Made by a program: the position numbers and the translations under genes. The notes under the pieces are model-generated. The model searched no databases. It was given only the letters and a program-made list of their open reading frames with translations, and was not told the DNA's origin. Below are positions 35,041-47,253 of a stretch of DNA of 64,000 nt, piece after piece (within the stretch, counting starts at the first letter, position 1; every line of letters begins with the position of its first letter). Source of the stretch: Eledone cirrhosa (taxonomy: Eukaryota); assembly GCA_964016885.1 (NCBI GenBank), contig OZ024742.1, positions 67,704,001-67,768,000 of the forward strand, given 5' to 3'.

Positions 35041-36357
35041 TCACTCACCCTTTGTCTCCTGGGGACCAGGCTGCACGATTTCCATGGGGGTGTTGGAGGA
35101 GTTGTATGGATGGGTGGTGGTTTCCGGTGGGGTGGGGACGGAGATGTTTGGTGGGGTGGGGTCTGGTGGGATGGGGGTGTCTGTGGTGGGGAGACTTTTG
35201 AGAAGGACGCGGTTAAGTGGTTTCACGCAGGAATTCCCCACATAATTCTCAAATGTTTCTTTTAGGGACCTATAAGTTTGTATAGGGACCCTAATCAGTT
35301 TTAGGTTCAGTTTTTTGTTATTTTTAATAGAGTGGGTGAAAGTTTTCCCTACGGTTTTCACCGAAGGGTCGTTCGTGATCGTCTCCATTAGTGTTTTGTT
35401 TTCAGTGTTTATGTAAGTGTAAGTGTAATTTTCTTGTGTTGTGTTTGTTTTTGTCTGTAGTTCTTGTGTGTGCTTTCGTTTTGTTGTAGATATTTTGTTT
35501 TCAGGAGGTGGGGGTTTTGTTAGTGATGTTTTTGTTGTTTGTGTTGGTGGTTGTATGTTTGTGGTAGTGTTTGCTGGTTTTTTGCTTTTGTGATGTCTTT
35601 TCTTTCTTTTCGAGCGATGGGGTTCTCCCTCGTCTTCACTGGGTGATGGCGAGATAGCCTCATCTGTTATATCGTCTGTGTGATTGGAGAGGGGTATGTC
35701 TTGGGGAGCTGTTGTGTCTGTATGTGATTTTGCAGTGGTTTTAGGTGGAGTGGGGTTGGGTGGGACTGTGTTTGTTGTGGTTATTTTTGTGTGTTGGTGT
35801 TGTTGTTGTTGTGGTGGTGTTGGTGGTTGTGTTGTTTTGATGGGTGTCGGCAGAAGAGCCTTTTTTTTATTCATTAATTTAGGACAGGAAGCCCTCAGGT
35901 GAACCCTGCTAAAGCAATGGTAACATGATGGCCGCCTACCCTCAACCGAAAGGTTTATGTAGGTGAGTCCGTCCAGGAGTACACGTTGTGGGATCATAGG
36001 TATTCGCTCTGGGCTCATTTGCACCAGAACTTCAATGCTAGTCCCATTGAATACAGCTCTGGGTGACTTTCCTACTGACAGTATTCTGTCTTCATCAAAA
36101 TTGATGAAGACGCACAGTATCCACCATATGTTCACCCTTGGTGTGACACTCGTGATTTTGATCTTTTGTGTCCTTTTTCCCATGTATGTAGGGAAAAAGG
36201 TGTACAGGTTGGATACAATTGGCGACACAGTGTAATTTTGGGCCGTCAATTGATCCTTCATGAGTACCGAAATACTCCCAAAAAGTTTGCTTCTTTGAAT
36301 GAATGCAATATCATTCATTGAATTTTTGAAAACCAGCTCAATTTCTTTCTGTGACAA
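35041..36357 (-). CDS. Tx1-like ORF1 protein (main open segment, CCHC zinc knuckle, Pro/Thr-rich tail); N-terminus in frameshifted 36531-36990
   Basis: 438-aa ORF with a C-X2-C-X4-H-X4-C motif, ending ~33 nt before the ORF2 ATG at 35007. Confidence 0.75.
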   Translation of the reverse strand: MSQKEIELVFKNSMNDIAFIQRSKLFGSISVLMKDQLTAQNYTVSPIVSNLYTFFPTYMGKRTQKIKITSVTPRVNIWWILCVFINFDEDRILSVGKSPRAVFNGTSIEVLVQMSPERIPMIPQRVLLDGLTYINLSVEGRRPSCYHCFSRVHLRASCPKLMNKKKALLPTPIKTTQPPTPPQQQQHQHTKITTTNTVPPNPTPPKTTAKSHTDTTAPQDIPLSNHTDDITDEAISPSPSEDEGEPHRSKRKKRHHKSKKPANTTTNIQPPTQTTKTSLTKPPPPENKISTTKRKHTQELQTKTNTTQENYTYTYINTENKTLMETITNDPSVKTVGKTFTHSIKNNKKLNLKLIRVPIQTYRSLKETFENYVGNSCVKPLNRVLLKSLPTTDTPIPPDPTPPNISVPTPPETTTHPYNSSNTPMEIVQPGPQETKGE

Positions 36358-37215
36358 TTGGTCTGGTTTTCGGGTAGAATTGGAAACTGTCCTAAAAACT
36401 ATCGTTTTGAGAGCAGTTTCCTTGCGAATTTCTACCGGAGAATTGATGCTGAAAGCACCATTTTTTTCGAAAGTGACATATCTCCTAGCGTCCTTTAAAA
36501 GTTGTTCGGCATTTGTTATGTCGAGATAAGTCAGTCCTCCTTTTTCTGAACTGTCTGTGGAAATGAGATTTTTGTTTTCTTTGTGGAATTATCCGTGTTG
36601 ATGATGTTGTCATTATTGTTCTTATTGTTGTTGTTATTCTTGTTGTCACCGATGTTGATATTATTCGTATTTTCCTTGGTGTTGGTGTTGGTGTTGTTGT
36701 TGTCTTTGATGCTGGTGTTATTGGTGTTGTCTTTATTTTTTTCTTTGTTGTTGTTATCATTGTTGTTTTTATCATCATTATTGGTGTTGCTGTTATTTTT
36801 GTTGTCATTGAACTGTTTGGTGTCATTTGTGTTATTTGGATATGAATTTGTTTTTACATTTTCATTTCGTCTTTCCATCTCTATACTATCTATTGAGAAG
36901 GAAAGGGAAGAAGACGATGTTGACTGCGAGCTTTGTAGTCTTACCGACTCTCCACCACCATTATCGTTGAACGCAGCGTTCATAACGTAATCAAACTTAT
37001 AATTTTTTTTTTCCAAAATTCGATGGAGAAAAGATTTTTCAAACGAATATTTCGCCCCTGTAGGGGCGAAAATGAGTTGACCCACCAACTGAAGGTCCAG
37101 ACGGGGGTTTAAGTTACACAATAATATAAAATTTAACTGAAAACTCGCGTTTTTTTCTTACATAAATTAACGGAAACTTCTCCGCGAAGTTACACACGTC
37201 TGATAGATATATATG

Positions 37216-37311
<96 letters not shown>
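37216..37311. repeat. (GATA)n microsatellite
   Basis: Direct reading. Confidence 0.97.
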
Positions 37312-37312
<1 letters not shown>

Positions 37313-37612
37313 GTTTATATTCATGTTACCATTGGTATCACTTTAAAAATCGGTGATTATCCTTATGGATGTATGGAAATCTCTTCACAAACATTAATAA
37401 TATTAGTAAAAGAAAAACTAGTGATGAATTCGCAAACTTTCAAAACTATAAAAAATTGCAATATATCATACCATGCAAAATACAAATGAATCTCCAGTAG
37501 CATATATATCATGCTCCATAAATCATAAATTAATGACATTCTTTGCTTATCTGCAAATCTGTTTCAATTCTTTTTCTTTATATTTAACCATTCGTTTTTT
37601 CTCTATATATCG

Positions 37613-37945
37613 TCACGTAAGCCCACTTGGGTCATGAATAACCATGGTTTGGCACCTAGAAAGTTCCCTTCCGAGGTACAAGCATGGGCAAGGTGTGTTT
37701 GGGAAGAGTAGCAGACGCCCATGCATGACCGTATCCGCTCTCCACACCTGCGATATTGTCCAAGAGGAAGGCAGAGGCCCACACAGCTTGAAGCCAGTTA
37801 CTCGAAACACATTTCTACAGCTGAGTGAACTGGAGCATCGTGGAATTAAGTATCTGGCTCAAGAACACAACGCAACGACCTGTCCGAGATTCGAACACAC
37901 ACATTTACGTTTATAAGCTCAACACTAACCACTAAGCCACAGACC
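37613..37945 (-). mobile_element. tRNA-derived SINE (family B) with CORE-like central domain
   Basis: Minus strand TGGCTTAGTGG (A box) and GTTCGAATCTC (B box), then GTGTTCTTGAGCCAGATACTTAA..CTCCAGTTCACTCAGCTGTAGAAATG resembling the CORE domain. Confidence 0.7.
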
Positions 37946-38945
37946 TTAATCTGTTAGAACACGAAAAGTGTGAAACAACAGAATGTTCACTTTTCGTGTT
38001 CTAACATATATGCGTAGCTTCTTAAAAAATTTTTCGGGGATAGCCGTGGTGGTGGTGATCGTATGTCATTGGCTAATTTTCAACCAATCAGAGTACTTCT
38101 CTCTATATCTCTTCCACTGTTACTTACGCCTGTTTCTCTCTATCTGTTCCGTCTCTATATATATCTCTTACTCTTTCGCTTTGCACTCCTCCCCTTCAAT
38201 ACCATCTCTCCCCCTCTCTATATATTTGTTACTCTATCGCTGCACGCTCCTCTCCTTCAATATATCAATTACACACGCTTTACACTCCTTTATCCCCAGC
38301 GCCCCTATATATACACCCCCCCCCTCTCCCGCATCTATATTTTAATGTACCGTTGCACCGTGAATATATGTGTCTATATATATATACATATATATTGTAT
38401 ATACACATTCATGTATGTGTATACACACTCATGTATGTATATACACTGGTTTTATGTGTGTATTGTAAATTTGTACTGTTAAAACACGAAACTAACATTC
38501 GATTGACACTTTGATTACCTGTACAGGCAATAGTTATTAGAATGCTGTTGAAGTGTGTATATATTTTTGGGGGACATCCTGTATATACACACATTATATA
38601 TAATACAATAAACAGATAAATACACACATATATATATGAGCTTATTTAATTATAAATATTGTGAATTTTTAACTCAGTTCAATTATATATATAAATGGTT
38701 TCTACAGGACTAGAACTGTTTCATTCGAAAGAAATCATCATAATATTGAGAGGGGGGACTAGATAAAATATTTCAAATCAAATGTGTATAAGTTATAAGT
38801 TAAAATGTATAAATAGAGACGATAGTGGAGGTATATCTGTTTAGTGGAACAGTAGACGATAGAATTAAATACAGACGATAATCTCCCTTTAATGAAACAG
38901 CAGACGATAGAATTAAGGCAATTTAAATTTTAAGCATTTGCATTT

Positions 38946-38995
38946 TTGCCTTTCATCGTTACGGGGTCGATAAAATAAAGTACCAGTAATATACT
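38946..38995 (+). mobile_element. SINE family A fragment
   Basis: Central domain only. Confidence 0.7.
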
Positions 38996-39790
38996 GTCAC
39001 TAGACGACTTTCAAATTGAATTGTTGGTTCCATTTCTTTAGTATTTTCAATTGTAGTTATCTACTTAAAAAGCGTTACACGGTTAGAGACATAATTCGTA
39101 AGTTATATCTTCCCTATTAAACCATTGCATTATTTCGCCTACAATAGAACAAAAATGAAATGTTCTTTAAAGAAACAGGAATATAACTTTATAAAAAAAA
39201 AAGTTGCATCCGCTTCTTTTATCATTGATAATTTTTTCGTTTTAATATTAATTGTTTTTTGTAGTTGTTTATATTAAAAATCTTACTGTAATATTTACTT
39301 AAACGAAGGCAAACATCTAAACTTATATAATCTTGAGCGAAGGACTAGATAAATCTCTCTCTCTCTCTCTCTCCCTCTCTCTCTCTCTATATATATAAAC
39401 GAAGAATGATAAAATTTCAAGCAAAGAGTTTAATTAGGTATATTTTGTAATATTATTAACTAATTATTATAATTAACGCGCATATTTTGCTATCCTCAAA
39501 CACGTTTACACATGGCATGAAATATAACTAATCCGAGATGGCTAGGTTTCATCTTCTAACTGGATATACGAAATCCATTATGTCTTGACAACAACATGAG
39601 GTAACATTATGTTATTCACAGACACACTTTGTACACTGTTCCATATCAGAATGTATTTCCTTCGTCACATTCACAAACAGTATTGAAAATATGTTCTTCG
39701 GCAAATAAAAATGTTTTGTTCATAATATTTCAACTAGCGATTGCTCTACTCCACGCACGACCACCATAAATTAATGACCAGCTCAACACA

Positions 39791-39960
39791 AGTATTGGTA
39801 GAGCGTCAGACACCATGCTTTGCAGTATTGTTATGGTCCTTTGCATTCTAAGTTCAAATCCTGCCGAGGTTAACTTCGACTTTCATACTTACTAATTCGA
39901 TAAAATAAAGTACCAGTAATGGACTGCCGTAATGGATTTGTGCCGAAAAATAGAAACACT
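39791..39960 (+). mobile_element. SINE family A, diverged
   Basis: Match to consensus. Confidence 0.75.
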
Positions 39961-40514
39961 ATTAATGTGCAATAAGAGCAAAATATAACGACATTGCTCA
40001 ATTATTTTATCTAATGTTGTAATAACACAAGGAAATGTTGTTTGTGTATTTTTTTTTATATTTGCTCATAGGCTTTTACAATTTCGCTCAGCCAACAACT
40101 ATTAAAAAGTGAGTTGCTTAAGATAACAATTTAATCACAAATTGTTGCTATCTTTTAATACACTCCAACAAGTCATCAAATTATGTACAATAAAAACAAA
40201 TCTTATTAATTTGCTCAGGGAATATAAGGAAAATGTATATACACTGATAATTGCAATTGTATGTAAATATTTTGTTTTTGTATTGTATATTTTATGTTTT
40301 CTATTATGTATAATATATTGATTTAATATTGATTGTTTTTTGTAGTTGTTTATATTAAAAGTCTGAAAATATTTTTATACATCTTACACTAATATTTATA
40401 AGATAATTTATAATAACAATTACATAATCTAATTACATTACAACGATAATTTATTATTAATATATATCCTGTTTAACTAGAGTTATTACAAGCGTTGCCT
40501 TAAAAAAATATTAA

Positions 40515-41471
40515 ACTAGACATGAAAAATGCGCAAGCTCAAAAGTGCCACAGAATGTTATAATAAACCTTCAAAAGTGTGGGACTAGAGTTGTTGCTAA
40601 AAAATATTGTAATCATTATATATCGTACATTCTGTGGCATCCTTTATAAAAATAGCTTAAACCAACGAAGCCTTTATTTTTACGCTATTTCACTTAGTTA
40701 ATTCTTAGAGTGTAACATATAAAAATAAATACATCTATGTTTAATGTAATAACAGCTATAAATAATTACGTAATATTATTATCATATACTCATAGTAACA
40801 AAATAATTGTGTTGAAACTTAATATGATGCTTATATGAACGATCAAATCTATAATGATAATTTCTTAAATATACTAATAGTAAAATAATTTAGTTATCTA
40901 TTGTTACATTTTCATAGAACTATAATATTAACAATCGTATTGCATTATCAAATTTTTATCACTACAAACTTTCATATTGGAATTACCTTAAGCCACTTAT
41001 TATTACTTCGCTTTCGTACTTTTACAGCTGTAGATATTGCGCTGTATCTTATATCTAATATCAATATCTCGTGGTAATTTGCATGAAGTGTAAAATAGGT
41101 TTATTAATAACTTTAATATGAAATGTATTATACAGGGCTGCGGAGTCGGCCAAAAATTGACTGGCTCCAACTCAGGATCCGATACTCCATTATTTCCTAA
41201 ATTTCAGCTCCGCAGCTCTGTTATTATATTAATTAATTTATTTTATAGTTGTAAATCATATTTTTATATGTTACACTCTAAGAATTAACTAAGTGAAATA
41301 GCGTAAAAATAAAGGCTTCGTTGGTTTAAGCTATTTTTATAAAGGATGCCACAGAATGTACGATATATAATGATTACAATATTTTTTAGCAACAACTCTA
41401 GTCCCACACTTTTGAAGGTTTATTATAACATTCTGTGGCACTTTTGAGCTTGCGCATTTTTCATGTCTAGT
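40515..41471. mobile_element. Non-autonomous DNA element (MITE-like) with ~212-bp near-perfect terminal inverted repeats
   Basis: 40515-40727 versus 41259-41471; ends ACTAG...CTAGT; no ORF. Confidence 0.85.
41133..41220. mobile_element. 88-bp MITE nested in the above, possibly hAT-type
   Basis: TIR CAGGGCTGCGGAG / CTCCGCAGCTCTG; 8-bp flanks GTATTATA / TTATTATA. Confidence 0.65.
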
Positions 41472-41719
41472 ATATAATGTATCTATTAAATATAATATAT
41501 CATGTGATGCACTGTTGCTATATACTTGTAGATCAACTCGTTGATATAGTTTGCTAAAATAACATATTCATATGCACACAGACACCACACACGTATACAC
41601 ACACATGAAGGGCTAGGGTCCGAAACTTTAAGACTATTTTCTTGCTATTTCAAACGTTTGCTTTTTTATTTCTGCTTAATATTTACATACATATACAGTA
41701 TGCATACATATATACACCG

Positions 41720-41722
<3 letters not shown>

Positions 41723-41797
<75 letters not shown>
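41723..41797. repeat. (CA)n microsatellite
   Basis: Direct reading. Confidence 0.97.
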
Positions 41798-41799
<2 letters not shown>

Positions 41800-42105
41800 T
41801 TGATTTTTTAGTTTCAGAAGATCCCGTTAAGGGTGGAAGCAGCCATACTTTGCTTAAAAATTTATCTGTTATTTTAATAAATATATATAATATATATACA
41901 TAGGTAGGCACATTATATATACATGTGCCTTAATTAAATACAACACCTGCGCTAATAATATTAAAATTCTTATGTTCGATGCTATACATACATTCCCATG
42001 AGAATCGATCTAGGTTTGAAAATAGATCAAAAGTGTTTAATCTATTTTTAATTTACAGGTCAAATTTATATACAGATTTAAAGTGCCGATTAAATCGATT
42101 CTCTC

Positions 42106-42192
<87 letters not shown>

Positions 42193-42327
42193 TACATGTA
42201 TATGTGTGTATATGTGTGTATATATGTATATGTATTCGTATGTATGTACACATATATATGCATATGTATATGTATGTATTTGTATGTATGTATGTGGGTA
42301 TGTACCATTATGTAGGTTTGTTGTGGA

Positions 42328-42478
42328 TGGCGGTGGATTGGCAGTATCGGTAGAGGGTCGGACGCCCTGCTTTCCATCACCGAGGTTGACTTTGCCTTTC
42401 ATCCTTACGGGATCGATAAAATAAAGTACCAGTGATGCACTGGTTAATTGCTGGCCTTGTGCCTAAAGTAGAAACAAT
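42328..42478 (+). mobile_element. SINE family A with internal deletion and TSD
   Basis: ATTATGTAGGTTTGTTGTG on both sides. Confidence 0.88.
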
Positions 42479-43091
42479 TATGTAGGTTTGTTGTGTGTGT
42501 GCCTGCATGTGTGTGCGTGCGTGTAAGTGTGTGTACGTGTGTAAGTGGGCGCGTATGTGTAAGTGTTTGTCGACACCTGGAATATATATTAAGAGAAACT
42601 TCACTATAGGGGGCTCACCCCAACACTTGAATCTGTTGATGGAACCTTTTCTGCCTTAGTCACCCTCATTTTAGCCTTAAAGAATTAGCTTCTAAAGAAT
42701 TTCCCTTTTCTTTAAACCATTGAACCCCACCCATCCTGTAGACACCTGTCTTACAGGCATTGTTACTTTAAGTGATAAACAAAGATTGTTACTTTAAGTA
42801 ATAAACTTGTTTACAGTATTCTTTCTGCCTTTGTTAATATTATAGCTTTAAAGAATTAGCTTTTAATGAATCCCCTTTCTTTAATTCCTTCAACCAATGA
42901 CCTACAGCCATCCCAATCCCCACCCTCTCCTACCTCCAGATAAGGAGAGACATAAATACTACCATTTACTTGGACAGCCAGCTTCCTGATGATTTCTCTC
43001 CAATGAAACTGTTCTAGTCCTGGAGAAGCTCTTATATATATATAATGTGCGTGTGTATGTGTGCGTGCCTATATTTATACATATATATATA

Positions 43092-43266
43092 TAACGAAAG
43101 AAATGTGGTAAGGAACCAGGTGGATCATAACGCACCAAAGTACTCAATACTTAGGGTAGTAGAGTGGGTAATAGGAACCAGTAAGACCCCGACGGCTGAG
43201 CTCAAGCCGTTTCGACGGCTAATTCTGGAGTCGTCCAGAATTAGCCGTCGAAACGGCTTGAGCTCA
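43092..43266. mobile_element. Fold-back dispersed element (same family as 58672-58868)
   Basis: Perfect hairpin at 43197-43266 plus a one-sided tail; TA flanks. Confidence 0.8.
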
Positions 43267-43645
43267 TATATATATATATATACTGATGTTGGTTAGATTA
43301 TCAATATTAGTATTATTGGGGCACCCACTGATGAATTATAGGAGCCCACTTGAATATATATCTATTGATGGTATACAAGCTCCTACATAAATTGGTATAA
43401 TTTCACCCAAATTGTAGGAATCCTATAATGAAACGAGACGTCCGTCTGGGAAGAGATATATTCGATATGTCTCATATGAAATAATACAGCCAATTTTCCA
43501 CGCAATACTTTTAGTTAGCACCCCGAACACATAATTAGGAATATAATCACTTATTTCCTAATGTTTGTTGAGTGAGTTGGAATTTGGCCGGTGTATCGCT
43601 AAAAAGCTCTCTCCGATATTGTATTTATATATATATATATATATA

Positions 43646-43690
43646 CTTTAGGCACAAGGCCAGCAATTATCCAGTGCATTACTGGTACCT
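43646..43690 (-). mobile_element. SINE family A tail fragment
   Basis: TACTTTAGGCACAAGGCCAGCAATT..TTACTGGTAC. Confidence 0.7.
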
Positions 43691-43694
43691 TACC

Positions 43695-44255
43695 CTTTCT
43701 AGCAGTCTCTCTCTCTGTTAGCCTCTTCCTCACCTCACTATTCACTCACTCATTCTCTGTCACTACCTCTCCTCCTCCTCCTCTTTCTTCCCGTTTGACC
43801 TGTGAGTAACACTTTTCTCTCACATTCTCGGCCAAGCTGGTCGGAATTTTTTCTCTCTCGTCTACGATTTCACAGAACTTATGTTTACCGAATTCGCAGA
43901 CCAGACCCCTTCTTCCTCCCGTTAGACCTGTGCGAAATTCCTTCCTTGCTCACATTTCAACCAGGTTTGATGGTCTTTATTCTCTCGTTCACAATTTCAC
44001 CGAACTTAAATTCATAGAAATCTGGGACTTGTCTCCTTCTCCCTCACTTTCTGTTGCCTCGCCATTTTGTTTCTTTACCCTCGCGTCCCCTTTATTTACG
44101 TGTCCCAACGACTTTTTTTAGCCGTTGCTCGCACCAACCGGAGGTATATGGTCTTTAAAGCGATGAAATGCCTATGATAGTTGGTAGATCACTGATGAAG
44201 GAAAAACTTTTTTCATATGTAACCCATTTGCAACTCCGCAACGCCCTTATTATCA
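43695..44255 (+). repeat. Dispersed element homologous to the reverse complement of the 499-bp satellite monomer
   Basis: 44101-44242 aligns almost without gaps to the satellite minus strand. CTCTTCCTCAC..TTCACTCACTCA is also shared near 43723. Confidence 0.7.
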
Positions 44256-44283
44256 TATATATATATATATAGTTGGATTCGTG

Positions 44284-44326
<43 letters not shown>

Positions 44327-44554
44327 GATTCAGCGAGAATCGGTTTTTCGGCGGGCAGGAAAAAGCGAAGCGAAACGCAAAATATATATATAGTTGGATT
44401 CCTGATATATGGTGTTCTCAAATAAAAAAGGACTCAATAAGTTAGTTAAATATGGTCATATTTATTAGATCATAAAAATACTTTCTACCGGAGTAAACCT
44501 GCTTCGTTCGTAAAAAAGTGATCAGGGGTGTATGAGGTATGAGTACGCCTCGTA

Positions 44555-44736
44555 TTGGCAGTATCGGTAGAGGGTCGGGCGCCATGCTTTGCAGCACAGT
44601 TACGTCCCTTTACGGACTGAGTTCAAATCCCGCCGAGGTTAACTTTGCCTTTCATCCTTACGGGGTCGATAAAATAAAGTACCAGTAATACACTGCGATA
44701 ATTGCTGGCCTCGTGCCAAAAGTAGAAACAATTATT
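44555..44736 (+). mobile_element. SINE family A
   Basis: Match to consensus. Confidence 0.9.
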
Positions 44737-45324
44737 AATTTATCTCGGTACATGGTATATATGTTCTTGGTTTGGCATATTGTCCGTTGTCTACTTCATC
44801 GTCGCAGCCATAATGTGCAGGGCTTCTCGCAATTTAAAGAAAAGGAAAAATGCGCACAGGCTTCATCATAGTCAATAGCTTACTGACAGTTATATGTGTA
44901 TGGGAGTGCGTATTAATGTTGGTATGCATATAGTCAATAAGGAGTAGAACGCAGAAAGCAAGGGCATGTTCAAATACAGGATAATTATGAAAGAGAAATT
45001 GTTATACTTTGTTATGTTGCGGAAGTTGTTGTTGCTATTTTTTGCATTGTTGCATAGTATCGATATACTTCTGGTATTCTTTCTAGCTTTAGAGTCGGTC
45101 GTCTCTATATGGTTTAGGACAGTGTTGGAGATATTGACAATGGAGATAGGAAAATTGATGGCGAATATCAGAGATAGAAGGATTAATGTTAGTAAGGATG
45201 ATGACAATATTATAGGCAAGGTTTACATATATTGCGATGCGTAAATTCGGTACCGGTAATGAAGATGGAGTTGGATTTGGTAAATATATACTGGTAGTTT
45301 TGAAGATGATTATTTTAGTAATTA

Positions 45325-45425
45325 ATTGTTTCTACTTTAGGCACAAGGCCAGCAATTACCCAGTACATTACTGGTACTTTATTTTATCGACCCCGTAAAG
45401 ATGAAAGGCAAAGTTAACCTCGGCG
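45325..45425 (-). mobile_element. SINE family A, 5'-truncated, with TSD
   Basis: TTATT(T/A)TAGTAATTAAT flanks. Confidence 0.85.
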
Positions 45426-47202
45426 CATTATTATAGTAATTAATGGGGTGTGATTATAGCAATTTAATGAGAAACATGATGTTGATGTAGGCACATTTTC
45501 GGACAAAGCATTCAAACTCTCTTCTGTCACCGGAAACTGCCAAACGGAACAGAAGAAACAGTTGTTTAGAATAATAAGCAAGATGGGTTGGAAATTAAAT
45601 TTTCAGACGCCGACGGGAACCGGGTAAACATTTGAGCGTACTGATGCCTGACAGGAATCTAATTCAGACATTGCTACCAAAATACATTTTTTTTCGTTTT
45701 GGTGAAGTCTGGCGGGAAATCAAGCTGGAAAACAAATACATCAAATGTCTTTTTTTACCGTTTTTATTGTTGTTGTCGTTTTTCCTCGTTTTCTTTATTC
45801 AATTCATTTATTTATCTTTATGTTTCACTTCACGTCTTGCTGAATGGTTGAGAGGCTGGAATATCAACCATATATATTCTACAGTTCGTACCATGCTAAT
45901 TCGGCAGCGCTGCTTTTAGTAAAGAAGCTTAACTGTAAAATACAATCTATCTTAAAATCCATACAAAAAAGAGTAGATTACGGAATTGAAAACAAAATAT
46001 ATCCTGACTGTATTTTGTGGAAGTGGATGTGAATGAATCATTGAATCGACATATAGTGCCAACAGAGCAGACTACCAAGCTGATTGATCTATTTTAAAAT
46101 TTAATTAAATGTGTATGTCCAATTAAGGTGGTGAATAGGCAAATGTATTTGAACAGCTAAGTAGAATGCCGTGTGATATGTATTCTGTTTCCTTGAGTTA
46201 TGAGTTAAAATTCCACAGAATTAAACATCTTGGTTCATCTATTTGTGAACGATAAAACGTATCAGTTATATATTGAGATCTCTTAAACAACCATCTATCT
46301 CCCTCTCTCTGGCTGTCTCTTACATGTCTTGAGAGAAACATCTATGAATCGGTTAAAGCGAAAATTCTGCAAAATTATCTGATAGAAATACTGGAATTCT
46401 TTGCTCGTCTCGCGATTTCTGGAGCAGTTTTAAAATCAACCTTCCGACATTCCTGCTGTTGGTTAGGTTGGGTCGATGTGACTTAAGTTTCAGGTCTGCA
46501 GGGCAAGTCATATAATTCCTACGAGAGAAATCCGTTTTCTAGGAGTTCATTGATTTGCGGGTGGTATTGGATCTAGGATTTATGGCACAAGCTAGACGAT
46601 TTTAAAGTTATATCTGCTAAAATAATTTCTATGGTTATGGTCCGCAGGGAAATGCTTGTGCGGACGAGCTAAGCATCTCGTACCAACATTATTCTTAACA
46701 TTATTGATATATTTCTATTATTTCAAAAAGTTATATATATATATATGAAAGGAAACTATGCATACAGTAATCGCTACATGAAACAAATACTTCATACGTT
46801 AATGTCTGAAAATTAGGAGTGGTTTCATATATTTAAATAATTCTAAGAAGGCTTACAAATGTGCGCTTCATTATTTAATTTCGTTCCATTCATATATTTT
46901 ATATGAAAGCAATATATAGACAATTATGTGTCTCACTATATCACGTAATGTTGATAAGGGATGACAACGAAACGATGTAAGCAGTACAATATACCGAGTT
47001 ATATATTATTTATACGCATAATGCTTCCTAAATGTTCCGATTTTCTTTGTGTCATAGTAATTCTTTTATAATGCATTCTATGTAATATGCGCACTCAATT
47101 TGATTAATGTGCCATGATTTGGAGATTATATATATATATATATACATACACACGCACACATACATACATAATTATATACATACATACATACATACATAAT
47201 TT

Positions 47203-47253
<51 letters not shown>

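Larger units (their letters stand above)
31896..37201 (-). mobile_element. Near full-length Tx1/L1-clade non-LTR retrotransposon in a GATA microsatellite; frameshifted, with an internal ORF2 deletion
   Basis: ORF1 (Asn-rich N-terminus, CYHCFSRVHLRASC knuckle). ORF2 has APE motifs (NVRGL, GDWN, YLDR, SDH) and RT motifs (SPGLDG, FRPITLLN, LDQSKAFDRVDH, IRQGCPLS, AYADD). The 3' end AATAAAGAAAC runs into (TATC)n. Confidence 0.93.

Noticed and set aside
36583-36990. Leu/Val-rich membrane-like ORFs (also at 23660, 24277, 24626 and 35684)
   Set aside because: Antisense shadows of Asn/Thr-rich LINE ORF1
38563-38584. Tc1/mariner-like TIR end (TACAGGATGTCCCCC on the minus strand)
   Set aside because: No convincing partner end was found
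45480-45900. Possible promoter (GGCGGGAAA and CCGGAA motifs)
   Set aside because: Short motifs alone are not evidence, and no linked exon was identified
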